Source: Hydrurus foetidus (Eukaryota). From it: a stretch of 38,202 nt of DNA. The stretch covers positions 1 through 38,202 of the forward strand of contig UYFQ01000222.1 in assembly GCA_900617105.1 (NCBI GenBank). The letters run 5' to 3'. Made by a program: the position numbers and the translations under genes. Below are positions 9,401 through 24,400 of the stretch, one piece after another; the first letter of the stretch is position 1; each line of letters opens with the position of its first letter. The notes below the pieces were generated by a model. That model made no database searches, had not been told where the DNA came from, and saw nothing but the letters and a program-made list of their open reading frames with translations.

Positions 9401-12400
9401 GAAGCCCTCTACCGACACTATAGTGCAGAACCACTGCGTAAATTTAAATATGTGCGTACATGTTAGTAAATGCATAAATGTTGTGAACGAAAAGATTGTA
9501 CTAAAAGTGTGAGTCAGACATAACAGCATGCATAGAGAATGTCACTGACCTTGTATAACAGGACCGAGGGGTTGAGAGGGGTCGAGTTCTCATCTCTGGA
9601 GGCAGAGGCATCAAGCACAAGATCTGCTTCTACAGGTGCTTGCACGTCACTACCTCCTGCAATGGTAGCGATAACACTGCCAGGGGCGACATACACTTCA
9701 ACTGATGCGGATGAGGAGACGGACTCAGCGATGGCCGTAACGGTTACGGTGTAAGTGCTCCCTACGGTGAGTGTGTGTGCTGGCACTGTGAATCGAGCTG
9801 GATCGAAACTAGTAGAGATGATTGCGGTGAGGGCATCGCCTTCGCGGACCGTCCACATGTATTTCATTGGCTTTGCACCTGGCACGCAGTAGTTGAGACT
9901 GGCGGAGGAGAGCAGGGTCAGAGAGGAGGAGCCCACTATGGTCTTGTATGAAGGTCCCAGAATCGTCACCACAGGAGCTCTGTCGTCATCCATAACTTCA
10001 ACTTGCACAGACTTCGATGAAGTCATGCCGAGAAACGAAGTCAGACTTAGCGAGAATGTGTAAGTCGCTGCGAGGAAATTTTTACGGTCGATTTTAATGG
10101 GACGATGCGTTTGATACTGGGCACTTAAAGAATTGAGATAAAGCGTGAGTGCAGTCGTGTCGACAGATGTCCTTGCGGGATCACGTAGTACTCCAGATAC
10201 TGTCCAAATTGATGACTTGTACGGGCGGCCACCACCTCCGTACGAACTAGTAGGGTCGAGGGTGAGGTTAGCGCATTTCCCTAGAGTAAAGGGTGACTGC
10301 ACGATGACTGTGGGGATACTGGGGTTTGATGGCTTCAGCGTCACAGTGCTTGTCTGGTTAGATGCGGGGTTGCTCGCACACGCTGCCACTGTTGATCTGC
10401 AGAGCGCTCTTACTTTTCCGACTTTAAGGATGATACGAGAGTCAGCGGTGAGGTACGGGGAACTCGAAGAATCCATCACTGGCGGAAATGAAATGCTTAC
10501 TGTCGTTGAATTCAGCCAGGAGCAGAGTGACTTCGTGTCGCCCTTGAAGACAAAAAGTTCTGAACAGTTCCATACCGCACTTGTGATACCTGCGTTATCT
10601 GTGGGCGCATCGAATCTCACCATCACTACCTGTCCGCTATCGGAGAATTTGGAGAACAGCATCACGGGCGCAGGTGTTGTGGAGGAGGGGGACCGCAGGA
10701 CAAAGGGTGTTGACACGTTGTTGTATTGATGTGCGTTACGTCCGCTCAATACAAGGGAAACCAAAAAGGCACCGCTGTTAACAGATTTCGTGTAGAGGAT
10801 AAACTGACCACCAGGCAGCGATGTAGAGTTGAATGTTTTCGTGCTCGGTATAGCCACGACATCTGTATTGGTGAAACCGTTCAATGAGACAACATACGTG
10901 ACTGTGAGATCCTGTCTGGGCATGACAGAAAGATCGTACTTGAACACAAACGACATAGGGTTGGAGATCTGATACATAGTCGGATCGTTAAGAACGTGAC
11001 GAGGGGCATTTGAGAAGCTGATTACGTTGCAACAGATTGTACTGGCAGGTACTACCGCCTTCAGAACATCTTCCAGACTACTGCCAATACCATCCGCGGT
11101 CTCCGCATAGCAATAGACAAGATATGCCGTCACAGCGTTAAGATCCTTGATCGTCAGAGGCAGTGTCAGAGGATAAGACTGTCCAACAGGAACAGCGATG
11201 CTCGACCCTTTAGAAGTAGAGCCGTCATAAGCTGCTGATTTGATAGCACCAACTGATTGTGGTGTGCTGCTCCCAGTAGAGGCCATGCAGTACACGTTGC
11301 CGCCAGAAACATCGCCTAACTTATTCCCCGATGAAAATGAAACAGAAACGGATATCGAACTAAATGAAGAAGACAGAAAAGATATAGCCGGATAAGAAAA
11401 TGGACCAATAGGAGGTGAAAAAGACGGTGCCGGTGACATTGACGATGACGGACTAGAGCTTGGGCTTGGGCTTGGACTCCCACTCCCACTCCCACTCGGC
11501 GTCGCACTCGCACTTGCACTCGCACTGGGCGTCGATGTAGGCACGTCGGATGACGATGATGGTGCCGGTGACATTGACATTGACGATGACGGACTGGAGC
11601 TTGGGCTTGGGCTTGGGCTCCCACTCCCACTCCCACTCGGCGTCGCACTCGCACTCGCACTCGCACTGGGCGTCGATGTAGGCACGTCGGATGACGATGA
11701 TGGTGCCGGTGACATTGACATTGACGATGACGGACTGGAGCTTGGGCTTGGGCTCCCACTCGCACTCCCACTCGGCGTCGCACTCGCACTCGCACTCGCA
11801 CTGGGCGTCGATGTAGGCACGTCGGATGACGATGATGGTGCCGGTGACATTGACGATGACGATGACGGACTGGAGCTTGGACTTGGGCTTGGACTCCCAC
11901 TCCCACTCCCACTCGGCGTCGCACTCGCACTCGCACTCGCACTCGCACTGGGCGTCGATGTAGGCACGTCGGATGACGATGATGGTGCCGGTGACATTGA
12001 CATTGACGATGACGGACTAGAGCTTGGGCTTGGGCTCACACTCGGCGTCGCACTCCCACTCGCACTCGGCGTCGCACTCCCACTCGCACTCCCACTCGCA
12101 CTGGGCGTCGATGTAGGCACGTCGGATGACGATGATGGTGCCGGTGACATTGACATTGACGATGACGGACTAGAGCTTGGGCTTGGGCTCACACTCCCAC
12201 TCCCACTCGGCGTCGCACTCGCACTCGCACTCCCACTCGCACTGGGCGTCGATGTAGGCACGTCGGATGACGATGATGGTGCCGGTGACATTGACATTGA
12301 CGATGACGGACTAGAGCTTGGGCTTGGGCTTGGACTCCCACTCCCACTCCCACTCGGCGTCGCACTCGCACTCGCACTCGCACTGGGCGTCGATGTAGGC

Positions 12401-15400
12401 ACGTCGGATGACGATGATGGTGCCGGTGACATTGACATTGACATTGACGATGACGGACTAGAGCTTGGGCTTGGACTTGGACTCCCACTCCCACTCCCAC
12501 TCGGCGTCGCACTCGCACTCGCACTCGCACTGGGCGTCGATGTAGGCACGTCGGATGACGATGATGGTGCCGGTGACATTGACATTGACGATGACGATGA
12601 CGGACTAGAGCTTGGGCTTGGGCTTGGACTCCCACTCCCACTCCCACTCGGCGTCGCACTCGCACTCCCACTGGGCGTCGATGTAGGCACGTCGGATGAC
12701 GATGATGGTGCCGGTGACATTGACGATGACGATGACGGACTAGAGCTTGGGCTTGGACTCCCACTCCCACTCGGCGTCGCACTCCCACTCCCACTCGGCG
12801 TCGCACCCGCACTCGCACTCGCACTGGGCGTCGATGTAGGCACGTCGGATGACGATGATGGTGCCGGTGACATTGACATTATCATTGACGATGACGGACT
12901 GGAGCTTGGGCTTGGGCTCCCACTCCCACTCCCACTAGGCGTCGCACTCGCACTGGCACTCGCACTGGGCATCGATGTAGGCACGTCGGATGACGATGAT
13001 GGTGCCGGTGACATTGACATTGACATTGACGGACTGGAGCTTGGGCTTGGGCTTGGACTCCCACTCCCACTCCCACTCGGCGTCGCACTCGCACTCGCAC
13101 TCGCACTCGCACTGGGCGTCGATGTAGGCACGTCGGATGACGATGATGGTGCCGGTGACATTGACATTGACGATGACGGACTGGAGCTTGGGCTTGGGCT
13201 TGGACTCCCACTCCCACTCCCACTCGCACTGGGCGTCGATGTAGGCACGTCGGATGACGATGATGGTGCCGGTGACATTGACATTGACATTGACGATGAC
13301 GGACTAGAGCTTGGGCTTGGGCTTGGACTCCCACTCCCACTCCCACTCGGCGTCGCACTCGGCGTCGCACTCGCACTCGCACTCGCACTGGGCGTCGATG
13401 TAGGCACGTCCGATGACGATGATGGTGCCGGTGACATTGACATTGACGATGACGGACTGGAGCTTGGGCTTGGGCTTGGACTCCCACTCCCACTCCCACT
13501 CGGCGTCGCACTCGCACTCGCACTCGCACTGGGCGTCGATGTAGGCACGTCGGATGACGATGATGGTGCCGGTGACATTGACATTGACGATGACGGACTA
13601 GAGCTTGGGCTTGGGCTCACACTCGGCGTCGCACTCGGCGTCGTTGTCGCACTCCCACTCGCACTGGGCGTCGATGTAGGCACGTCGGATGACGATGATG
13701 GTGCCGGTGACATTGACATTGACGATGACGGACTAGAGCTTGGGCTTGGGCTTGGACTCCCACTCCCACTCCCACTCGGCGTCGCACTCGCACTCGCACT
13801 CGCACTGGGCGTCGATGTAGGCACGTCGGATGACGATGATGGTGCCGGTGACATTGACATTGACGATGACGGACTGGAGCTTGGGCTTGGGCTTGGACTC
13901 CCACTCCCACTCCCACTCGGCGTCGCACTCGCGTCGCACTCGCACTGGGCGTCGATGTAGGCACGTCGGATGACGATGATGGTGCCGGTGACATTGACGA
14001 TGACGGACTAGAGCTTGGGCTTGGGCTTGGACTCCCACTCCCACTCCCACTCCCACTCGGCGTCGCACTCGCACTCGCACTCGCACTCGCACTCGCACTG
14101 GGCGTCGATGTAGGCACGTCGGATGACGATGATGGTGCCGGTGACATTGACATTGACGATGACGGACTGGAGCTTGGGCTTGGGCTCCCACTCCCACTCC
14201 GACTCGCACTCCCACTCGGCGTCGCACTCGCACTCGCACTCGCACTCGCACTCGCACTGGGCGTCGATGTAGGCACGTCGGATGACGATGATGGTGCCGG
14301 TGACATTGACATTGACGATGACGGACTAGAGCTTGGGCTTGGACTCCCACTCCCACTCCCACTCGGCGTCGCACTCGGCGTCGCACTCGCACTCGCACTG
14401 GGCGTCGATGTAGGCACGTCGGATGACGATGATGGTGCCGGTGACATTGACATTGACGATGACGGACTGGAGCTTGGGCTTGGGCTTGGACTCCCACTCC
14501 CACTCCCACTCGGCGTCGCACTCGCACTCGCACTCGCACTCGCACTGGGCGTCGATGTAGGCACGTCGGATGACGATGATGGTGCCGGTGACATTGACAT
14601 TGACGATGACGGACTGGAGCTTGGGCTTGGGCTTGGACTCCCACTCCCACTCCCACTCGGCGTCGCACTCGCACTCCCACTCGCACTGGGCGTCGATGTA
14701 GGCACGTCGGATGACGATGATGGTGCCGGTGACATTGACATTGACGATGACGGACTAGAGCTTGGGCTTGGGCTCACACTCGGCGTCGCACTCGGCGTCG
14801 TTGTCGCACTCGCACTCGCACTCGCACTGGGCGTCGATGTAGGCACGTCGGATGACGATGATGGTGCCGGTGACATTGACATTGACGATGACGGACTAGA
14901 GCTTCGGCTTGGGCTCCCACTCCCACTCCCACTCCCACTCGGCGTCGCACTCGCACTCGCACTCGCACTGGGCGTCGATGTAGGCACGTCGGATGACGAT
15001 GATGGTGCCGGTGACATTGACATTGACGATGACGGACTGGAGCTTGGGCTTGGGCTTGCACTCCCACTCCCACTCCCACTCGGCGTCGCACTCGCACTCG
15101 CACTGGGCGTCGATGTAGGCACGTCGGATGACGATGATGGTGCCGGTGACATTGACATTGACGATGACGGACTGGAGCTTGGGCTTGGACTCCCACTCCC
15201 ACTCGCACTCGGCGTCGCACTCGCACTCGCACTCGCACTGGGCGTCGATGTAGGCACGTCGGATGACGATGATGGTGCCGGTGACATTGACATTGACGAT
15301 GACGGACTGGAGCTTGGGCTTGGGCTTGGACTCCCACTCCCACTCCCACTCCCACTCGGCGTCGCACTCGCACTCGCACTCGCACTGGGCGTCGATGTAG

Positions 15401-18400
15401 GCACGTCGGATGACGATGATGGTGCCGGTGACATTGACATTGACGATGACGGACTGGAGCTTGGGCTTGGGCTTGGACTCCCACTCCCACTCCCACTCGG
15501 CGTCGCACTCGCACTCGCACTGGGCGTCGATGTAGGCACGTCGGATGACGATGATGGTGCCGGTGACATTGACATTGACGATGACGGACTGGAGCTTGGG
15601 CTTGGACTCCCACTCCCACTCCCACTCGGCGTCGCACTCGCACTCGCACTCGCACTGGGCGTCGATGTAGGCACGTCGGATGACGATGATGGTGCCGGTG
15701 ACATTGACATTGACGATGACGGACTAGAGCTTGGGCTTGGGCTCCCACTCCCACTCCCACTCGGCGTCGCACTCGCACTCGCACTCGCACTGGGCGTCGA
15801 TGTAGGCACGTCGGATGACGATGATGGTGCCGGTGACATTGACATTGACGATGACGGACTGGAGCTTGGGCTCCCACTCCCACTCCCACTCGGCGTCGCA
15901 CTCGCACTCGCACTGGGCGTCGATGTAGGCACGTCGGATGACGATGATGGTGCCGGTGACATTGACATTGACGATGACGGACTGGAGCTTGGGCTCCCAC
16001 TCCCACTCCCACTCCCACTCGGCGTCGCACTCGCACTCGCACTCGCACTGGGCGTCGATGTAGGCACGTCGGATGACGATGATGGTGCCGGTGACATTGA
16101 CATTGACGATGACGGACTAGAGCTTGGGCTTGGGCTTGGACTCCCACTCCCACTCGCACTCGGCGTCGCACTCGCACTCGCACTCGCACTGGGCGTCGAT
16201 GTAGGCACGTCGGATGACGATGATGGTGCCGGTGACATTGACATTGACGATGACGGACTGGAGCTTGGGCTTGGGCTTGGACTCCCACTCCCACTCGGCG
16301 TCGCACTCGGCGTCGCACTGGGCGTCGATGTAGGCACGTCGGATGACGATGATGGTGCCGGTGACATTGACATTGACGATGACGGACTAGAGCTTGGGCT
16401 TGGGCTTGGACTCCCACTCCCACTCCCACTCGGCGTCGCACTCGCACTCGCACTCGCACTGGGCGTCGATGTAGGCACGTCGGATGACGATGATGGTGCC
16501 GGTGACATTGACATTGACGATGACGGACTGGAGCTTGGGCTTGGGCTTGGACTCCCACTCCCACTCCCACTCCCACTCGGCGTCGCACTCGCACTCGCAC
16601 TCGCACTCGCACTCGCACTGGGCGTCGATGTAGGCACGTCGGATGACGATGATGGTGCCGGTGACATTGACATTGACGATGACGGACTAGAGCTTGGGCT
16701 TGGGCTCCCACTCGGCGTCGCACTCGGAGTCGCACTCGCACTCGCACTCGCACTGGGCGTCGATGTAGGCACGTCGGATGACGATGATGGTGCCGGTGAC
16801 ATTGACATTGACGATGACGGACTAGAGCTTGGGCTTGGGCTCCCACTCGGCGTCGCACTCGGACTCGCACTCGCACTCGCACTGGGCGTCGATGTAGGCA
16901 CGTCGGATGACGATGATGGTGCCGGTGACATTGACATTGACGATGACGGACTGGAGCTTGGGCTTGGGCTTGGGCTCCCACTCCCACTCCCACTCGGCAC
17001 TCGTCGCACTCGCACTCGCACTCGCACTCGCACTGGGCGTCGATGTAGGCACGTCGGATGACGATGATGGTGCCGGTGACATTGACATTGACGATGACGG
17101 ACTGGAGCTTGGGCTTGGGCTTGGACTCCCACTCCCACTCGCGTCGCACTCGCACTCGCACTCGCACTCGCACTGGGCGTCGATGTAGGCACGTCGGATG
17201 ACGATGATGGTGCCGGTGACATTGACATTGACGATGACGGACTAGAGCTTGGGCTTGGGCTCACACTCGGCGTCGCACTCGGAGTCGCACTCGCACTCGC
17301 ACTCGCACTGGGCGTCGATGTAGGCACGTCGGATGACGATGATGGTGCCGGTGACATTGACATTGACGATGACGGACTGGAGCTTGGGCTTGGGCTTGGA
17401 CTCCCACTCCCACTCCCACTCGGCGTCGCACTCGCACTCGCACTCGCACTGCACTGGGCGTCGATGTAGGCACGTCGGATGACGATGATGGTGCCGGTGA
17501 CATTGACATTGACGATGACGGACTGGACTTGGGCTTGGACTCCCACTCCCACTCCCACTCGGCGTCGCACTCGCACTCGTCGCTGTCGCACTCGCACTGG
17601 GCGTCGATGTAGGCACGTCGGATGACGATGATGGTGCCGGTGACATTGACATTGACGATGACGGACTGGAGCTTGGGCTCCCACTCGGCGTCGCACTCCG
17701 CACTCCCACTCGCACTCGCACTCGCACTCGCACTCGCACTCGCACTGGGCGTCGATGTAGGCACGTCGGATGACGATGATGGTGCCGGTGACATTGACAT
17801 TGACGATGACGGACTGGAGCTTGGGCTTGGGCTCCCACTCCCACTCCCACTCGCACTCGCACTGGGCGTCGATGTAGGCACGTCGGATGACGATGATGGT
17901 GCCGGTGACATTGACATTGACGATGACGGACTGGAGCTTGGGCTTGGGCTCCCACTCCCACTCCCACTCGGCGTCGCACTCGCACTCGCACTCGCTCGCA
18001 CTGGGCGTCGATGTAGGCACGTCGGATGACGATGATGGTGCCGGTGACATTGACATTGACGATGACGGACTAGAGCTTGGGCTTGGGCTTGGACTCCACT
18101 CCCACTCCCACTCCCACTCCCACTCGGCGTCGCACTCGCACTCGCACTCGCACTCGCACTGGGCGTCGATGTAGGCACGTCGGATGACGATGATGGTGCC
18201 GGTGACATTGACATTGACGATGACGGACTAGAGCTTGGGCTTGGGCTTGGGACACTCGGCGTCGCACTCGCACTCCTCGCTCGCACTCGCTGCACTGGGC
18301 GTCGATGTAGGCACGTCGGATGACGATGATGGTGCCGGTGACATTGACATTGACGATGACTGACGGACTAGAGCTTGGGCTCCCACTCCCACTCCCACTC

Positions 18401-21400
18401 CCACTCGGCGTCGCACTCGCACTCGCACTCGCACTCGCACTGGGCGTCGATGTAGGCACGTCGGATGACGATGATGGTGCCGGTGACATTGACATTGACG
18501 ATGACGGACTGGAGCTTGGGCTTGGGCTCCCACTCCCACTCCCACTCGGCGTCGCACTCGCACTCGCACTCGCACTCGCACTGGGCGTCGATGTAGGCAC
18601 GTCGGATGACGATGATGGTGCCGGTGACATTGACATTGACGATGACGGACTAGAGCTTGGGCTTGGGCTTGGACTCCCACTCCCACTCCCACTCGCACTC
18701 GCGTCGCACTCGCACTCGCACTCGCACTGGGCGTCGATGTAGGCACGTCGGATGACGATGATGGTGCCGGTGACATTGACATTGACGATGACGGACTAGA
18801 GCTTGGGCTTGGGCTTGGACTCCCACTCCCACTCCCACTCCCACTCGGCGTCGCACTCGCACTCGCACTCGCACTGGGCGTCGATGTAGGCACGTCGGAT
18901 GACGATGATGGTGCCGGTGACATTGACATTGACGATGACGGACTGGAGCTTGGGCTTGGGCTTGGGCTCCCACTCGGCGTCGCACTCCCACTCGGCGTCG
19001 CACTCGCACTCGCACTCGCACTCCCACTCGCACTGGGCGTCGATGTAGGCACGTCGGATGACGATGATGGTGCCGGTGACATTGACATTGACGATGACGG
19101 ACTGGAGCTTGGGCTTGGACTCCCACTCCCACTCCCACTCGGCGTCGCACTCGCACTCGCACTCGCACTCGCACTGGGCGTCGATGTAGGCACGTCGGAT
19201 GACGATGATGGTGCCGGTGACATTGACATTGACGATGACGGACTAGAGCTTGGACTCCCACTCCCACTCGGCGTCGCACTCGGCGTCGCACTCGCACTCG
19301 CACTGGGCGTCGATGTAGGCACGTCGGATGACGATGATGGTGCCGGTGACATTGACATTGACGATGACGGACTGGAGCTTGGGCTTGGGCTTGGACTCCC
19401 ACTCCCACTCCCACTCGGCGTCGCACTCGCACTCGCACTCGCACTGGGCGTCGATGTAGGCACGTCGGATGACGATGATGGTGCCGGTGACATTGACATT
19501 GACGATGACGGACTAGAGCTTGGGCTTGGGCTTGGACTTGGACTCCCACTCCCACTCGGCGTCGCACTCGCACTCGCACTGGGCGTCGATGTAGGCACGT
19601 CGGATGACGATGATGGTGCCGGTGACATTGACATTGACGATGACGGACTAGAGCTTGGGCTTGGGCTCCACTCCGTCACTCCCACTCACTCGCACTCGCA
19701 CTCGCACTCGCACTCGCACTGGGCGTCGATGTAGGCACGTCGGATGACGATGATGGTGCCGGTGACATTGACATTGACGATGACGGACTGGAGCTTGGGC
19801 TTGGGCTTGGACTCCCACTCCCACTCGCACTCCCACTCGGCGTCGCACTCGCACTCGCACTCGCTCGCACTCGCACTGGGCGTCGATGTAGGCACGTCGG
19901 ATGACGATGATGGTGCCGGTGACATTGACATTGACATTGACGATGACGGACTGGAGCTTGGGCTTGGACTCCCACTCCGACTCGCACTCGCACTGGGCGT
20001 CGTTGTCGCACTCGTACTGGGCGTCGATGTAGGCACGTCGGATGACGATGATGGTGCCGGTGACATTGACATTGACGATGACGGACTAGAGCTTGGGCTT
20101 GGGCTTGGGCTTGGACTCCCACTCCCACTCCCACTCGGCGTCGCACTCGCACTCGCACTCGCACTCGCACTCGCACTGGGCGTCGATGTAGGCACGTCGG
20201 ATGACGATGATGGTGCCGGTGACATTGACATTGACGATGACGGACTGGAGCTTGGGCTTGGGCTTGGACTCCCACTCCCACTCGGCGTCGCACTCGCACT
20301 CGCACTCGCACTGGGCGTCGATGTAGGCACGTCGGATGACGATGATGGTGCCGGTGACATTGACATTGACGATGACGGACTGGAGCTTGGGCTTGGGCTC
20401 CCACTCGGCGTCGCACTCGGCGTCGCACTCGCACTCGCACTGGGCGTCGATGTAGGCACGTCGGATGACGATGATGGTGCCGGTGACATTGACATTGACG
20501 ATGACGGACTAGAGCTTGGGCTTGGGCTTGGACTCCCACTCCCACTCCCACTCGGCGTCGCACTCGCACTCGCACTCGCACTCGCACTCGCACTCGCACT
20601 CGCACTGGGCGTCGATGTAGGCACGTCGGATGACGATGATGGTGCCGGTGACATTGACATTGACGATGACGGACTGGAGCTTGGGCTTGGGCTCACACTC
20701 GGCGTCGCACTCGGAGTCGCACTCGCACTCGCACTGGGCGTCGATGTAGGCACGTCGGATGACGATGATGGTGCCGGTGACATTGACATTGACGATGACG
20801 GACTAGAGCTTGGGCTTGGGCTTGGACTCCCACTCCCACTCCCACTCGGCGTCGCACTCGCACTCGCACTCGCACTCGCACTGGGCGTCGATGTAGGCAC
20901 GTCGGATGACGATGATGGTGCCGGTGACATTGACATTGACGATGACGGACTGGAGCTTGGGCTTGGACTCCCACTCCCACTCCCACTCGGCGTCGCACTC
21001 GCACTCGCACTCGCACTCGCACTGGGCGTCGATGTAGGCACGTCGGATGACGATGATGGTGCCGGTGACATTGACATTGACGATGACGGACTGGAGCTTG
21101 GGCTTGGGCTCCCACTCGGCGTCGCACTCGGCGTCGCACTCGCACTCGCACTCGCACTGGGCGTCGATGTAGGCACGTCGGATGACGATGATGGTGCCGG
21201 TGACATTGACATTGACGATGACGGACTAGAGCTTGGGCTTGGGCTTGGACTCCCACTCCCACTCCCACTCGGCGTCGCACTCGCACTCGCACTCGCACTG
21301 GGCGTCGATGTAGGCACGTCGGATGACGATGATGGTGCCGGTGACATTGACATTGACGATGACGGACTAGAGCTTGGGCTTGGGCTTGGGCTCCCACTCG

Positions 21401-24400
21401 GCGTCGCACTCCCACTCGGCGTCGCACTCGCACTCGCACTCGCACTCGCACTGGGCGTCGATGTAGGCACGTCGGATGACGATGATGGTGCCGGTGACAT
21501 TGACATTGACGATGACGGACTGGAGCTTGGGCTTGGGCTCCCACTCCCACTCCCACTCGGCGTCGCACTCGCACTCGCACTCGCACTCGCACTCGCACTG
21601 GGCGTCGATGTAGGCACGTCGGATGACGATGATGGTGCCGGTGACATTGACATTGACGATGACGGACTGGAGCTTGGGCTTGGGCTCCCACTCGGCGTCG
21701 CACTCGGCTCGCACTCGCACTCGCACTGGGCGTCGATGTAGGCACGTCGGATGACGATGATGGTGCCGGTGACATTGACATTGACGATGACGGACTAGAG
21801 CTTGGGCTTGGGCTTGGACTCCCACTCCCACTCCCACTCGGCGTCGCACTCGCACTCGCACTGGGCGTCGATGTAGGCACGTCGGATGACGATGATGGTG
21901 CCGGTGACATTGACATTGACGATGACGGACTGGAGCTTGGGCTTGGGCTTGGACTCTCCCACTCCCACTCGGCGTCGCACTCGCACTCGCACTGGGCGTC
22001 GATGTAGGCACGTCGGATGACGATGATGGTGCCGGTGACATTGACATTGACATTGATGACATTGACATTGACGATGACGGACTGGAGCTTGGGCTTGGAC
22101 TCCCACTCCCACTCCCACTCGCACTCGGCGTCGCACTCGCACTCGCACTCGCACTGGGCGTCGATGTAGGCACGTCGGATGACGATGATGGTGCCGGTGA
22201 CATTGACATTGACGATGACGGACTGAGCTTGGGCTCTTGGGCTTGGACTCCCACTCGCACTCGGCGTCCCACTCGGCGTCGCACTCGCACTCGCACTCGC
22301 ACTCGCACTCGCACTGGGCGTCGATGTAGGCACGTCGGATGACGATGATGGTGCCGGTGACATTGACATTGACGATGACGGACTGAGCTTGGGCTTGACT
22401 CGGCTTGCACTCCCACTCGGCGTCGCGTCGCACTCGCACTCGCACTGGGCGTCGATGTAGGCACGTCGGATGACGATGATGGTGCCGGTGACATTGACAT
22501 TGACGATGACGGACTAGAGCTTGGGCTTGGGCTTGGGCTCCCACTCCCACTCGCACTCGCACTCGCACTCGCACTGGGCGTCGATGTAGGCACGTCGGAT
22601 GACGATGATGGTGCCGGTGACATTGACATTGACGATGACGGACTAGAGCTTGGGCTTGGGCTTGGACTCCCACTCCCACTCCCACTCGGCGTCGCACTCG
22701 CACTCGCACACTGGGCGTCGATGTAGGCACGTCGGATGACGATGATGGTGCCGGTGACATTGACATTGACGACGATGACGGACTGGAGCTTGGGCTTGGA
22801 CTCCCACTCCCACTCGGCGTCGCACTCGGCGTCGTTCTCGCACTCGCACTGGGCGTCGATGTAGGCACGTCGGATGACGATGATGGTGCCGGTGACATTG
22901 ACATTGACGATGACGGACTAGAGCTTGGGCTTGGGCTCACACTCGGCGTCGCACTCGCACTCGGCGTCGCACTCGCACTCGCACTCGCACTGGGCGTCGA
23001 TGTAGGCACGTCGGATGACGATGATGGTGCCGGTGACATTGACATTGACATGACATGACGGACTTGAGCTTGGGACTTGGACTCCCACTCCCACTCGGCG
23101 TCGCACTCGGCGTCGCACTCGCACTCGCACTGGGCGTCGATGTAGGCACGTCGGATGACGATGATGGTGCCGGTGACATTGACATTGACGATGACGGACT
23201 AGAGCTTGGGCTTGGCTCCCACTCCACTCGGCGTCGCACTCGCACTCGCACTCGCACTGGGCGTCGATGTAGGCACGTCGGATGACGATGATGGTGCCGG
23301 TGACATTGACATTGACGATGACGGACTGGAGCTTGGGCTTGGGCTTGGACTCCCACTCCCACTCGGCGTCGCACTCGCACTCGCACTGGGCGTCGATGTA
23401 GGCACGTCGGATGACGATGATGGTGCCGGTGACATTGACACTGGGCGTCGGAGCTCGGGCTTGGGCTGGGCTCCCACTCGCACTCGCACTCGCACTCGCA
23501 CTGGGCGTCGATGTAGGCACGTCGGATGACGATGATGGTGCCGGTGACATTGACATTGACGATGACGGACTAGAGCTTGGGCTTGGGCTTGGACTCAACT
23601 CGGCTCCCACTCCCACTCGGCGTCGCACTCGCACTCGCACTCGCACTCGCACTCGCACTGGGCGTCGATGTAGGCACGTCGGATGACGATGATGGTGCCG
23701 GTGACATTGACATTGACATTGACGATGACGGACTAGAGCTTGGGCTTGGGCTTGACTCCCACTCCCACTCCCACTCGGCGTCGCACTCGCACTCCCACTC
23801 GCACTCGCACTCGCACTCGCACTGGGCGTCGATGTAGGCACGTCGGATGACGATGATGGTGCCGGTGACATTGACATTGACGATGACGGACTGGAGCTTG
23901 GGCTTGGGCACTCCCACTCCCACTCCCACTCGGCGTCGCACTCGCACTCGCACTCGCACTCGCACTGGGCGTCGATGTAGGCACGTCGGATGACGATGAT
24001 GGTGCCGGTGACATTGACATTGACGATGACGGACTGGAGCTTGGGCTTGGGCTCCCACTCCCACTCGCACTCGGCGTCGCACTCGCACTCGCACTGGGCG
24101 TCGATGTAGGCACGTCGGATGACGATGATGGTGCCGGTGACATTGACATTGACGATGACGGACTGGAGCTTGGGCTTGGGCTTGGACTCCCACTCCCACT
24201 CGGCGTCGCACTCGCACTCGCACTCGCACTCGCACTGGGCGTCGATGTAGGCACGTCGGATGACGATGATGGTGCCGGTGACATTGACATTGACGATGAC
24301 GGACTGGAGCTTGGGCTTGGGCTTGACTCCCACTCCCACTCGGCGTCGCACTCGCACTCGCACTGGGCGTCGATGTAGGCACGTCGGATGACGATGATGG

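Noticed and set aside
2124..9529. Treating the 446, 284, 265, 570, 277 and 348 aa ORFs as an operon of separate genes
   Set aside because: They join in phase through canonical GT-AG introns, and their ORF-track termini are intron read-through.
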